This document shows, piece by piece, positions 38,188 through 47,527 of a stretch of DNA of 64,000 bases. The DNA comes from Arcobacteraceae bacterium (GTDB taxonomy: Bacteria; Campylobacterota; Campylobacteria; Campylobacterales; Arcobacteraceae). The DNA lies in the NCBI GenBank assembly GCA_029935705.1, contig JAOZJU010000001.1, positions 162-64,161 on the forward strand. Direction: 5' to 3'. Position 1 is the first letter of the stretch. The number at the start of each line of letters is the position of its first letter. The notes beneath the pieces are model-generated. The model did no database searches. It was given only the letters and a program-made list of their open reading frames with translations, and was not told the origin of the DNA. Position numbers and translations under genes: made by a program.

Positions 38188-38922
38188 TTATTTTAAACTT
38201 TTGATACCAATATATCCAACACTTTTGCCTACTTCTATCTCGTTTACTTCCAATTTTGTATTACCACCATATTTTAGATTTTTCATGATTGATAGCACTG
38301 CAAAGTAACTACCCTTTATTAGTTTAAATTTTTTATTGTCAAGTGTCTTTAATTGTTTGCCTTTTTTATCATAAAATATTATCTTAAGAACTATAAACTT
38401 TTTTTTATCTACGATAAGCTCCATCTTGCTGTAGCTATCTTTTTTATTTTTTGGTTTGCTTTGGATATAGTAATATTTACTATCTTCTTTTAACATCTTG
38501 TGTTTATCGTCATTTAACTCTCGCCCTGCTATATCTATATAACTAAAGTCCGAACCCATAAAACTTTTTGACCTCTCTTTTGTATTTAATCTTTTGATAC
38601 TTTTAAAAGCCGGTAGATATATCCACTGATTTTTGTTGCCTTTTTTTGATACAGTAAGTAGAGAACTATTTTTTATATTTGTAGGTTTATAAAATCTTAT
38701 CAACCCTTTTCGCTCACTCTTTTTTATCTGTTTTTTATTGGTGAAAAATCTATATTTGTATTCACCAGCTTTGTTGACTATATTCATCTTGACATCAAAC
38801 TTCTGTGTTTTGTGTCTATCTGCTTTTGTATAAACTTTTTTCATTACCTCTTTTGCTGTGATTGACCACGATAGTGTAGTTATCATCGCTACTATTGTCA
38901 TACTTTTTACTATATTTTTCAT
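38188..38922 (-). CDS. LolA-like outer-membrane lipoprotein-sorting protein family
   Basis: Signal peptide. NQWIYLPAFKSIKRLNTKERSKSFMGSDFSYIDIAG matches the family signature W.YLPA....RI....SFMGSDF.Y.D. Confidence 0.8.
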   Translation of the reverse strand: MKNIVKSMTIVAMITTLSWSITAKEVMKKVYTKADRHKTQKFDVKMNIVNKAGEYKYRFFTNKKQIKKSERKGLIRFYKPTNIKNSSLLTVSKKGNKNQWIYLPAFKSIKRLNTKERSKSFMGSDFSYIDIAGRELNDDKHKMLKEDSKYYYIQSKPKNKKDSYSKMELIVDKKKFIVLKIIFYDKKGKQLKTLDNKKFKLIKGSYFAVLSIMKNLKYGGNTKLEVNEIEVGKSVGYIGIKSLK

Positions 38923-39018
38923 ACTGTTCCTTTTTTATCTACTTTCATTATATGATATAATTCTTAAATCTATTTGCTGTTGTAATTCTAATGCTCATGA
39001 TTAAGATTTGATTAAATG

Positions 39019-39777
39019 TCATGGCCATATTGGTTCTACTACACCACCAGAATCTAAAGCAAAATCACGATGAGATGTCACTGAAGATACATTCCAACTT
39101 GACAAATCTTGACTAAAACTACTTGCCCCATAGAACATATGCTCCATATTTGTTACATGTGATGTATTCCAGCTACTTATGTCTTGGTTAAATTTTGTAT
39201 TATCAGTAAACATATGTCTCATATTTTCAATATTTGATACATTCCAGTCATTTATATTTTTGACAGCTTGAAATTTACTATCTCCATAAAACATAAATGA
39301 CATATCTGTTACACTTGAAAGGTTTGGTTTGTCATCTGCTATCATCAAGATATATCTACATCCACAAAATGCTTCTTTCATACTGCTCCATGATATATTG
39401 CCCCAATTGTTTATCCTTTTTATAGAACAGTTGTCTTTAATAAAACAATCTTTTTGACGAATAGTTGGAAATTGTCCAGATATTTGAACTACATAGTCTC
39501 CGCTTGTAGAGTATGTATGATTTGCATCTGTGGTTTGATTATAATTTATAGTTCCATCACCCCAATCTATCGTATAGTCATAAACATATGATATATCTGT
39601 AGGTATATTGATAGTATCGTAGTCGTTTGACACATCAATTGTGATGATAAACTTCTCTTTATTTTTAGTGATTGTATTTTCTCTTGTGGGATATTCACTA
39701 CCTTGACCACCACAACTTATCATAGCAAAAACAACTACAATATACAATACCAATTTAACAATATAATAGTATCTCAT
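39019..39777 (-). CDS. DUF285 / BspA-type leucine-rich repeat lipoprotein
   Basis: Lipobox FAMISCGG and IDWGDGT...HTY..SGDY. Tandem ~25-aa repeats follow: VTDMSFMFYGDSKFQ, VSNIENMRHMFTDNTKFNQDISSWNTSHVTNMEHMFYGASSFSQDLSSWNVSSVT. ATG 39777 is preferred because AAGGAG lies 5 nt upstream; GTG 39783 is an alternative. Confidence 0.8.
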   Translation of the reverse strand: MRYYYIVKLVLYIVVVFAMISCGGQGSEYPTRENTITKNKEKFIITIDVSNDYDTINIPTDISYVYDYTIDWGDGTINYNQTTDANHTYSTSGDYVVQISGQFPTIRQKDCFIKDNCSIKRINNWGNISWSSMKEAFCGCRYILMIADDKPNLSSVTDMSFMFYGDSKFQAVKNINDWNVSNIENMRHMFTDNTKFNQDISSWNTSHVTNMEHMFYGASSFSQDLSSWNVSSVTSHRDFALDSGGVVEPIWP

Positions 39778-39885
39778 ATCCACTCCTTTAAAATTTAGGG
39801 TATTATACCTAAAATTATTAAAGAACCTCTAAAAAGTACCTTCTAATTTTAAGATAGTTTTGATATTATAACAAAAAGTTAAGCT

Positions 39886-42504
39886 ATGATTATAAAAAAA
39901 ATATTTTTGATTGTTTTGTTTGTCATATCATCAAATGCAGAAAATTATCTCATAGACAAAAATAAGTTTTTTGATATCATATACACAAAACAGCACGAAA
40001 CTGAAGCCATATTTATCAAACAAAAGATGAAAAATATTTTGCAATATTATGACAAAAGTTTTGGTTATAAACTTGATGAAAAACTAAAAATCGTCCTCGT
40101 GTCTGACAAAGTTCAAGTTGCAAATGCCTACTCTACACAAAATCCTCGAAATATACAAGTGCTTTTTGGTGGTGGCGGGCTTATGAATGAATATTTTGCA
40201 AACAACTCTTGGCTTGAGACTTTGCTTATACACGAAACAGCACACAACTATCAGATCAATGCTAAAAAATCAAAAATATCAAAAATACTCAAAAAATATC
40301 TTGGCAACAACTTTATGCCTATAGTTGTGGTATTGCCATTTTGGACTATACCAAATATCTTTTTGCCAACTGGATTAACAGAAGGCAATGCGGTTTTAAA
40401 CGAATCAATAAACAACAATGGCGGCAGATTGTACAATGGTAGCTTGAAAGCTTTAAAAAATAGCATACTACTACAAGACAATTTTGATGAAGTTAATTTT
40501 ATCAACAATCATCTGTCATATCCATACAATGAAGAAAAATATATCGTAGGTGGATACTATATGTTGTATCTAAAAGATATTTATGGCATAGATAAAGTAA
40601 ATCAATTTTTTTACAATCACTCTATCCATTCTATCAATCCATTTTTGCTCAATGATACATTTTTGTCTCATTTTGGGATAAGTTTTGATGCATCTATTAG
40701 GAGTTTTATAAACTACACAAAAAAAAGCAATACAAATTTTAAGCGATTAAAGACTCAAAATATATTAGCTACTTCAAAACAAAAACCAATTTTATCTAAA
40801 ATCAAAAACAAAATATATTTTATCACTACTGACCTTTTAACCCAAAAAAAACTAAATATATTTAATACCAAAAATCAAAAAATCAAAAAAATTGATACCA
40901 CTTTAGACAACGGCAAACTATTTGGCATAGATGGTAAACTTTATGCAGTTGGTTCAAACTTTATCTTTCCGCAAACTTACAAAACTGGACTTTTTGATAA
41001 AAATCAAAAGTTATTAAAAGGAACAAAAAATAAGTTTGTACAAGATATATTTCAAAACAGAAAACTCTTTGTAGATATATCAAAATCGTTTATCAAAAAT
41101 CGACTTTATTTAAACGACAAGTTTATAGATAAAACAGTTTCAAACTCTATTTTTGATACAAAAGGCAATATATACTATTTTACACAACAAAACCACACAA
41201 GATATCTGCATAAAAATAGCGATACAATATACAAGTTTGATGGATATTATGCCAAACTATTAGATATAGATGACGATACGATATATATAGTTGCAAATAC
41301 AAAATATGGCTCTACTGTTTATGAGTTAAACGATGGCGAAACATATAGATTGTTTGATGCTGACAACATTGTAGATATGAAAAAAATATCTAAAAATAAT
41401 TTTTTACTCACATCGATAGATAAAAATGGTTTTCAAGTCTCAATTGAAAAATCAAAAAAAATCAAAGCAGATATATATTTTCAAAATTTATCAAAAAAGA
41501 GATATATAAACAAAAGAGATAAAAAACCAAAAAATATATTAACAAACTCTACAAAATACAGTGAATTTTCAAACCTTACACTTGCAAATATATTGCCTAC
41601 TATTAGTTATAGCACAGATGAAAATAAAAGCTATTATGATTTGACGGCAAATTTTGTAGATGATAAAAGTGACAATATATTTTCTATAAAAGTTATAGAT
41701 AGTTTTGATGAAGATATAGCTATGGTCTCTTATGAAAATAGAAAAGATATATTAAAGTATCAAGCAAACTATTATAGTATAAAAAGAGTATCAAAAAAAC
41801 AAAAAGAGAAAGATTATGGAGCATATGTCAAACTTGATTTAGCGATAGAAAAAAATGCAAATGCCCAAAGCAACTTAAATCTATACAGATATTTTAGCCC
41901 TTATCAAAAAGAGAAAAATCCTACAGTTTTTTCGGCAAATTATACCAAACAAAGAACTTTTCCTTTGTCGTTTTTCCCACACAAAAAGTTTGAAGCAGAT
42001 ATATATTATAAATATGACAGAAGAGATAACACATACGGAGTAAAGACAACTTTCTCTCACCATCTTTTGTGGCAAACATATATCAATGCAACTTATCAAC
42101 GAACCAAAAGCGATACTGAGATTTTGACACAAAGTCGTGGTGTAAAAATATCAAATGAGATATTAAATCTTGACCATACTGATATAATTATGCCAAGTTT
42201 AGATACCAAAGAGTTTGCTAAAGATATTCAAAAATCCACCATATCGTTTGCTAAAACTATCAATATGCCAATATATTTTTACAGCTTACCACTTTCGATA
42301 CGAAGAGAAGCTATAATAATGGGTGCGAGCAACTATAGTATCAAACAAAACCAAAACACGAATCTATTAGAGAAGTTTGTAGGCATAAAACTTGATCTGC
42401 TTTTAGCTCATACTCTTGCTTTTCCTATAACTATCACATATTATTCAAATGACCTGCTTGATAGCAAAGCAAAAACTACTATAACTCTTGGGGTTAAATT
42501 TTGA
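39886..42504 (+). CDS. Large secreted protein: peptidase-MA-like HExxH head, repeat/propeller-like middle, OMP-like C-terminal region
   Basis: Signal peptide ending SSNA-EN. LLIHETAHNYQ, then TGLTEGNAVLNES about 45 aa later (HExxH...EG.A, Peptidase_MA_2-like). The middle has recurrent G.lY..g.n segments. The last ~300 aa have an alternating strand pattern and end ITLGVKF. Confidence 0.6.
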   Translation: MIIKKIFLIVLFVISSNAENYLIDKNKFFDIIYTKQHETEAIFIKQKMKNILQYYDKSFGYKLDEKLKIVLVSDKVQVANAYSTQNPRNIQVLFGGGGLMNEYFANNSWLETLLIHETAHNYQINAKKSKISKILKKYLGNNFMPIVVVLPFWTIPNIFLPTGLTEGNAVLNESINNNGGRLYNGSLKALKNSILLQDNFDEVNFINNHLSYPYNEEKYIVGGYYMLYLKDIYGIDKVNQFFYNHSIHSINPFLLNDTFLSHFGISFDASIRSFINYTKKSNTNFKRLKTQNILATSKQKPILSKIKNKIYFITTDLLTQKKLNIFNTKNQKIKKIDTTLDNGKLFGIDGKLYAVGSNFIFPQTYKTGLFDKNQKLLKGTKNKFVQDIFQNRKLFVDISKSFIKNRLYLNDKFIDKTVSNSIFDTKGNIYYFTQQNHTRYLHKNSDTIYKFDGYYAKLLDIDDDTIYIVANTKYGSTVYELNDGETYRLFDADNIVDMKKISKNNFLLTSIDKNGFQVSIEKSKKIKADIYFQNLSKKRYINKRDKKPKNILTNSTKYSEFSNLTLANILPTISYSTDENKSYYDLTANFVDDKSDNIFSIKVIDSFDEDIAMVSYENRKDILKYQANYYSIKRVSKKQKEKDYGAYVKLDLAIEKNANAQSNLNLYRYFSPYQKEKNPTVFSANYTKQRTFPLSFFPHKKFEADIYYKYDRRDNTYGVKTTFSHHLLWQTYINATYQRTKSDTEILTQSRGVKISNEILNLDHTDIIMPSLDTKEFAKDIQKSTISFAKTINMPIYFYSLPLSIRREAIIMGASNYSIKQNQNTNLLEKFVGIKLDLLLAHTLAFPITITYYSNDLLDSKAKTTITLGVKF

Positions 42505-42520
42505 TAGTTTATGAGTTTTA

Positions 42521-42544
42521 GTAGTAAGCTTACAACCTTTTTTT
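42521..42544 (+). terminator. Rho-independent terminator candidate
   Basis: gtagta-agct-tacaac hairpin (5 bp plus one mismatch, 42521-42536) followed by a T7 run (42538-42544), 17 nt after the stop of the 872-aa gene. Confidence 0.4.
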
Positions 42545-42592
42545 CCTACTTTTGTATCAAACAAATATGATATAGGTGTTAGTTTTACAACA

Positions 42593-44425
42593 CTACTCTA
42601 CAGTTACACTTTTTGCAAGATTTCGTGGCATATCCACATCATTGCCTAATCTTATGGCCACTTCCATACTAAATAGTTGCAACACTACTAGCATCTCAAA
42701 AAACTCATGCATATAGTGTTCGCTATCTTTAGTTTTTATAAAATCATCCGCAAGTTTGAAAGATATAGGCGATATGCTCAACACTACACTATCTCTTGCT
42801 ATGAGTTCTTGGACATTTGATTTAGTCTTTTCATACAATAAACCTTTGGGCATAAGGGCAATTGTGAACAATTTTTCATCTGCTAATGCTATTGGTCCAT
42901 GTTTCATCTCTCCTGCTGGGTATCCTTGAGCATGAATATAACTAATCTCTTTTAACTTTAAAGCACCTTCTAAACTAAGTGGATAAAAAACATCTCTACC
43001 TATAAAGAAAAAGCCATCTCCGTGCAAATATCTTTTGGACAATCTTTGGCACTTTTGATGGATATTTTCATCTATTATCAAATATTTTGGTGTCTCTCGT
43101 AGTGCTTTTATCTCACTTTTTAAGAGTTTGTTTGATATAGTTTTGATCTGTTTGCCTATATAAAGACTAAGCATCCAAAGCACAGTAACTTGTGTTGAAA
43201 ATGCTTTTGTGCTTGCGACTCCTTTTTCTATACCAGCGCGAAGTAGTATAGTTACATCTGCTACTCTTGTCATAGATGAGTTATCTACATTGCAAACAAC
43301 AACAGTCTTCAAGCCAGCCTTTTTTGCCATCTTTAGGGCTTCTATAGTATCTGCTGTCTCACCACTTTGGCTTATAGCTATAAAGAGAGTTTTATTTGAG
43401 AGCAATGGTTGTTTGTATCTAAACTCGCTGGCTACTTCAACTTGAGTGCGAATTTTAGACAATCTTTCAAACAGATAACTACCTGTCAAACCAGCATGAT
43501 AGCTGGTTCCGCAAGCAGATATTAATACCCCATCAATATTTTTTAAAAAATCACTATCAAACTCATCAAAAACTATCTCATCATCTTTTATTCGCCCCAT
43601 CATGGTATCAACTATCACAGATGATTGTTCATAAGTCTCTTTCTCCATAAAAAAACGAAAACCATCTTTTTGGGCAGAGAGTTTAGATATTGGTAAATCT
43701 TGCCATTTTATATCGTTTGTTACTCTTTTGTTTTTTTCAAAAAATTCAACTTTATTTTCATAAACTACTCCACTTATACCATCTTCAAGATATGTTACAC
43801 TATTTGCCAATCCTATAAGTGGCGACTGAGATGAAGCTATATAATACTCACCATCGCTACAAGTAGCTATAGCAAGTGGCGAACCTAACTTTATAAAGTA
43901 TATTTTGTCTGGTTGTGCTTGTGTGATAAGTAAGATAGAGTATGCTCCTTGAAGCCTTGATATCGTAGCATCAAATGCTTTTTTAGAATCATTTAGTTTG
44001 TCAAAATAATACTCAAAAAGATGAACAATAACTTCAGTATCTGTTTGAGATACAAACTTTTTACCAACTTGAATTAGTTCATCTTTTAGTTCTTTGTAGT
44101 TTTCTATTATGCCATTGTGCACTACATATGAATAATCCCCAAGATGTGGGTGAGCATTTAGTTCAGTAGGTTTGCCATGTGTTGCCCATCTTGTATGGCC
44201 TATACCTGTAGAGCTTTTGTCTGTATTGTTTTTTGTTTCAGAGGTTTGATATATCTTTTTTTCTAGATTTTTTATCTTGCCTACTGCTTTGTATTCTTTA
44301 AACTCTCCATCACTCATAGTAGCAATTCCTGCACTATCGTATCCTCTATATTCAAGCTCTTTAAGTCCGTCAAGAAGTATTTTGTTTATATCTTTTTTGC
44401 CAATATATCCTACTATTCCACACAT
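42593..44425 (-). CDS. glmS: Glutamine--fructose-6-phosphate aminotransferase
   Basis: MCGIVGYIG with N-terminal nucleophile Cys, two SIS domains and C-terminal PRNLAKSVTVE. Confidence 0.95.
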   Translation of the reverse strand: MCGIVGYIGKKDINKILLDGLKELEYRGYDSAGIATMSDGEFKEYKAVGKIKNLEKKIYQTSETKNNTDKSSTGIGHTRWATHGKPTELNAHPHLGDYSYVVHNGIIENYKELKDELIQVGKKFVSQTDTEVIVHLFEYYFDKLNDSKKAFDATISRLQGAYSILLITQAQPDKIYFIKLGSPLAIATCSDGEYYIASSQSPLIGLANSVTYLEDGISGVVYENKVEFFEKNKRVTNDIKWQDLPISKLSAQKDGFRFFMEKETYEQSSVIVDTMMGRIKDDEIVFDEFDSDFLKNIDGVLISACGTSYHAGLTGSYLFERLSKIRTQVEVASEFRYKQPLLSNKTLFIAISQSGETADTIEALKMAKKAGLKTVVVCNVDNSSMTRVADVTILLRAGIEKGVASTKAFSTQVTVLWMLSLYIGKQIKTISNKLLKSEIKALRETPKYLIIDENIHQKCQRLSKRYLHGDGFFFIGRDVFYPLSLEGALKLKEISYIHAQGYPAGEMKHGPIALADEKLFTIALMPKGLLYEKTKSNVQELIARDSVVLSISPISFKLADDFIKTKDSEHYMHEFFEMLVVLQLFSMEVAIRLGNDVDMPRNLAKSVTVE

Positions 44426-45000
44426 ATATTCTCCTTAAAATTGTCATCTACTACTTGACAAATAGTATGTCCTATAAGTATATGCATCTCTTGTATTCGG
44501 GGAGTATTTGAAGATGGCACGACTATATTTATATCACAAAATCTATTCATATCTCCTCCGTCGTTTCCGCTAAACCCTATACAGCTACAGCCTATCTTTT
44601 TTGCTTCAATTATGGCATTGATGATATTTTTGCTATTTCCGCTTGTGCTTATAGCTATGAGCATATCCCCTTTTTTTGCTACTGCTTGAAGTTGTCTTGC
44701 AAACACCATATCATATCCAAAATCATTTGCAATAGCAGTTATAGCAGATGTATCTGTAGTTAGTGCTATGCCACAAAGTGGTTCTCTGTTTGTTTTGTAT
44801 CTTCCTGTAAGTTCTGCTGCTATATGTTGAGCATCTGCGGCACTTCCGCCGTTGCCTATTAGCAATATTTTATTGTTGTTTTTTATGGTTTGTACAACCT
44901 GGTTTGCTACAAGTTCTATATCGTCATACGAACCTTTTATCATCTTGTTTATAGTTTTTAAGTGTGAGTCAAACTCATCTTTTATTGTTTGTTTTGTCAT
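44413..45000 (-). CDS. gmhA: Phosphoheptose isomerase (SIS domain)
   Basis: LLIGNGGSAADAQHIAAEL, ISTSGNS and IGHTICQ motifs. 195 aa. Confidence 0.85.
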   Translation of the reverse strand: MTKQTIKDEFDSHLKTINKMIKGSYDDIELVANQVVQTIKNNNKILLIGNGGSAADAQHIAAELTGRYKTNREPLCGIALTTDTSAITAIANDFGYDMVFARQLQAVAKKGDMLIAISTSGNSKNIINAIIEAKKIGCSCIGFSGNDGGDMNRFCDINIVVPSSNTPRIQEMHILIGHTICQVVDDNFKENICVE

Positions 45001-45002
45001 AT

Positions 45003-45518
45003 TTATACCTTTTTTATCAGTGCTATTTCGTTACATATTGGAAAATGTTTACACTTTATGCAGTCCGCCCATATCTTATGCTCTGGGATTGTTTCTTTTT
45101 GTATTATATCAAAATTTAAGTTTAAAAAAAACTGCTCCTTATATGTCAAGGTCAATACCTTTTTCACATTGTATTGTTTTGCCTCTTTAAGACACATATT
45201 TACAAGTGTCGTTCCAATGCCATGATTTCTGTTTGTTTTGTCTACTATCAAGCTTCTTATCTCTGCTAACTCTTGACTATGAATATGCAAAGCTACAAAA
45301 CCACAAAGTATATTGTCAATCTTTACAGATGTATATGACCTTATGGTTGTAGCTATCTCATCATTTGATCTATGCAATATCGTGCCATCTTCTATATATG
45401 GCTTAACTAACTTTTGCATATCGTTTATATCTTTAAGTGTTGGTTTAAAATACTCTATATTATTGATATATTCTCTCCTTAAACAAAAATTTGGTGATAA
45501 GATTGTTAAGATCATCAA
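45003..45518 (-). CDS. GNAT N-acetyltransferase (short ArgA-like); start uncertain
   Basis: The acetyl-CoA site is RNHGIGTTLV (R/Q-x-x-G-x-G/A). The ORF from 45518 overlaps engB by 59 nt. The first unambiguous internal ATG is 45419, and the real start may be a non-ATG codon just after the engB stop. Confidence 0.65.
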   Translation of the reverse strand: MMILTILSPNFCLRREYINNIEYFKPTLKDINDMQKLVKPYIEDGTILHRSNDEIATTIRSYTSVKIDNILCGFVALHIHSQELAEIRSLIVDKTNRNHGIGTTLVNMCLKEAKQYNVKKVLTLTYKEQFFLNLNFDIIQKETIPEHKIWADCIKCKHFPICNEIALIKKV

Positions 45519-46068
45519 CTCCTTGTTTGTTTAGATTTGATACAAAGATACCATCTGGGTGTTGTTGTTTTAGTTTGACCAACTCCATCTTTTTTAGCTT
45601 GTCTATCTTTGTCCAACAGTTTACAACTATCTGGTCTGGTTTTTTAAATTTGTTTATAAATATAGCCACCTCTTTGTCTATATCCAAAGATCTATGTCTA
45701 CTATCTATTAAGTGAATAAATACTCGTATGCTGTATCGTTTAAATAAAAAATCAGTAAGCTTCTCTTGCCAATCATATTTTAGCGACTTTGATACTTTTG
45801 CATATCCAAATCCAGGCAGATCTACAAATCTACAAAAAAAGTTCTCTTTTTCTTTGTTTTGATATGTTATATCAAAAAAGTTAATCAATTTTGTTTTGCC
45901 TGGAGTTTGTGAAGATAGGGCTAATTTTTTTTTATTTGTCAAACTATTTAACAATGAACTTTTACCTACATTTGACCTGCCTAAAAATGCCACTTCAGCC
46001 ATATCGCTTGGCACACTATCTTTAATACTTTGAGCTGATTTGTTAAATAAAGCATCTATTAGTCTCAT
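45460..46068 (-). CDS. engB: Ribosome biogenesis GTPase EngB/YsxC
   Basis: G1 GRSNVGKSSLLN, G3 DLPGFGYA and G4 TKIDK. Confidence 0.9.
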   Translation of the reverse strand: MRLIDALFNKSAQSIKDSVPSDMAEVAFLGRSNVGKSSLLNSLTNKKKLALSSQTPGKTKLINFFDITYQNKEKENFFCRFVDLPGFGYAKVSKSLKYDWQEKLTDFLFKRYSIRVFIHLIDSRHRSLDIDKEVAIFINKFKKPDQIVVNCWTKIDKLKKMELVKLKQQHPDGIFVSNLNKQGVDDLNNLITKFLFKERIYQ

Positions 46069-46541
46069 TTGCTATCCATATTCATGATAAACTTAACTGG
46101 GTTGTTTTTGTTGCCAACAATTCTCGCTTCGCCCTTTATCATATCTATATATATCGTTTCACCAAATAGTTCTTTTTGTTCTGTTTTGTTATAGACATAT
46201 CCGTTGCCTATTATTTCATATATATTATCTTCTGGTTTAAATACTATCTTGTCACCTTTACATATATATGAGTTTGTTTTTGTTTTTGCTACAAGCTCTA
46301 CATCTTTTGTAGCTACAAAAAGCACAGGCTTTTTTTTGTTTTTTATCAACTTCATAGTTATGATAAGTTTGCCAGCTTTTAAACTATCTTGTCCCATATC
46401 AAGTTTGACATCTCCTATAAACTCTACTATGTTTTTTTCATCACTTATGTATAGTTTATTTGCTTGTGCTTTGATTTTTTCTTTACTTGATTCAACTGCA
46501 AAAAGATTAACTATCATCAAACTTATCAATATATATCTCAT
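46065..46541 (-). CDS. lptA: LPS transport periplasmic protein LptA (OstA-like)
   Basis: Signal peptide and a beta-jellyroll repeat pattern. It sits after lptC and kdsC as in the conserved kdsC-lptC-lptA order. Confidence 0.7.
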   Translation of the reverse strand: MRYILISLMIVNLFAVESSKEKIKAQANKLYISDEKNIVEFIGDVKLDMGQDSLKAGKLIITMKLIKNKKKPVLFVATKDVELVAKTKTNSYICKGDKIVFKPEDNIYEIIGNGYVYNKTEQKELFGETIYIDMIKGEARIVGNKNNPVKFIMNMDSK

Positions 46542-46550
46542 ATTTTATCC

Positions 46551-47036
46551 TTATTGTTCAAATACAACATTGGTTGATTTTATCTCTTTTTTGTTCATAT
46601 CTACAAAAAGATTGTTGCCGCTTATTTTTATATCGTTGTAAAGCCCATGATATTTGTTGCTATTTGTAAGTATTTTAGTTTTATTATTAAGCACCAATTG
46701 GTCTGTATAAAGCACCAAATTATTAGTTTTTATCTTGATATCTCTATCAAGATATATCATATTTTTGATTTTTTTGATTTTTTTAGCTTCGATTGTCATA
46801 TCCTCATCTGTTTGAATATTAGCATCGCTCATCAACTCTTTTTTCTCATATTTTTGAAATATACTGCCTGATATTTGTTGTGATATACCGTCGTTGTTTA
46901 TCTGTTTTATATCAAAATCATATGCCTCTACAAGTGGCAAATCCTCTTTTGTGGTATCGTTGGTTTTGTTTTTAACCTCCATAAAAGATATCAACAAAAG
47001 TAAAATAGCAAAAATATAAAAAACTCTCTCTACCAT
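46551..47036 (-). CDS. lptC: LPS export system protein LptC
   Basis: A single N-terminal TM anchor and a ~140-aa beta-rich periplasmic domain. It lies between kdsC and lptA. Confidence 0.6.
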   Translation of the reverse strand: MVERVFYIFAILLLLISFMEVKNKTNDTTKEDLPLVEAYDFDIKQINNDGISQQISGSIFQKYEKKELMSDANIQTDEDMTIEAKKIKKIKNMIYLDRDIKIKTNNLVLYTDQLVLNNKTKILTNSNKYHGLYNDIKISGNNLFVDMNKKEIKSTNVVFEQ

Positions 47037-47527
47037 ATTGACAAATACTCCTGCAACTCATCTTGGTTTTTTAATATATCTTCGATCATATATCGCACAG
47101 CACCATCTCCACCATCTTTGTCGCATATATTTGTAACTATATCTTTAACATGTGGCGATGCATCGTTTGGTGCATATGATAGTTTGGTAGCTTTTAACAT
47201 AGATAGATCATTTAGATCGTCCCCTATAGATGCCACCTCATCAAAAGTGATATTCTCTTGTTTGCAAATATCTTCCAATACTGACAGCTTCTCTTTGATA
47301 CCTTGAAAACAGTATGTCACACTAAGTTCATCTGCCCTTTTTTGGACAATTTTTGAGTTTCGTCCAGTGATTATGGCACATTTTTTGCCTAACTTTTTAG
47401 TCCATATAGCAATAGCCATTCCATCTTTGACTGAAAAACTTTTTGATTCTATACCATTTTCATCATAATATATCTTGCCATCTGTCATGGTGCCATCTAC
47501 ATCTAAAACTATAAGTTTTATCATCAA
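47030..47527 (-). CDS. kdsC: 3-deoxy-D-manno-octulosonate 8-phosphate phosphatase (HAD)
   Basis: LIVLDVDGTMTDGKIYY, ITGRNS and GDDLND HAD motifs of the KdsC/YrbI type. Confidence 0.85.
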   Translation of the reverse strand: MMIKLIVLDVDGTMTDGKIYYDENGIESKSFSVKDGMAIAIWTKKLGKKCAIITGRNSKIVQKRADELSVTYCFQGIKEKLSVLEDICKQENITFDEVASIGDDLNDLSMLKATKLSYAPNDASPHVKDIVTNICDKDGGDGAVRYMIEDILKNQDELQEYLSIW

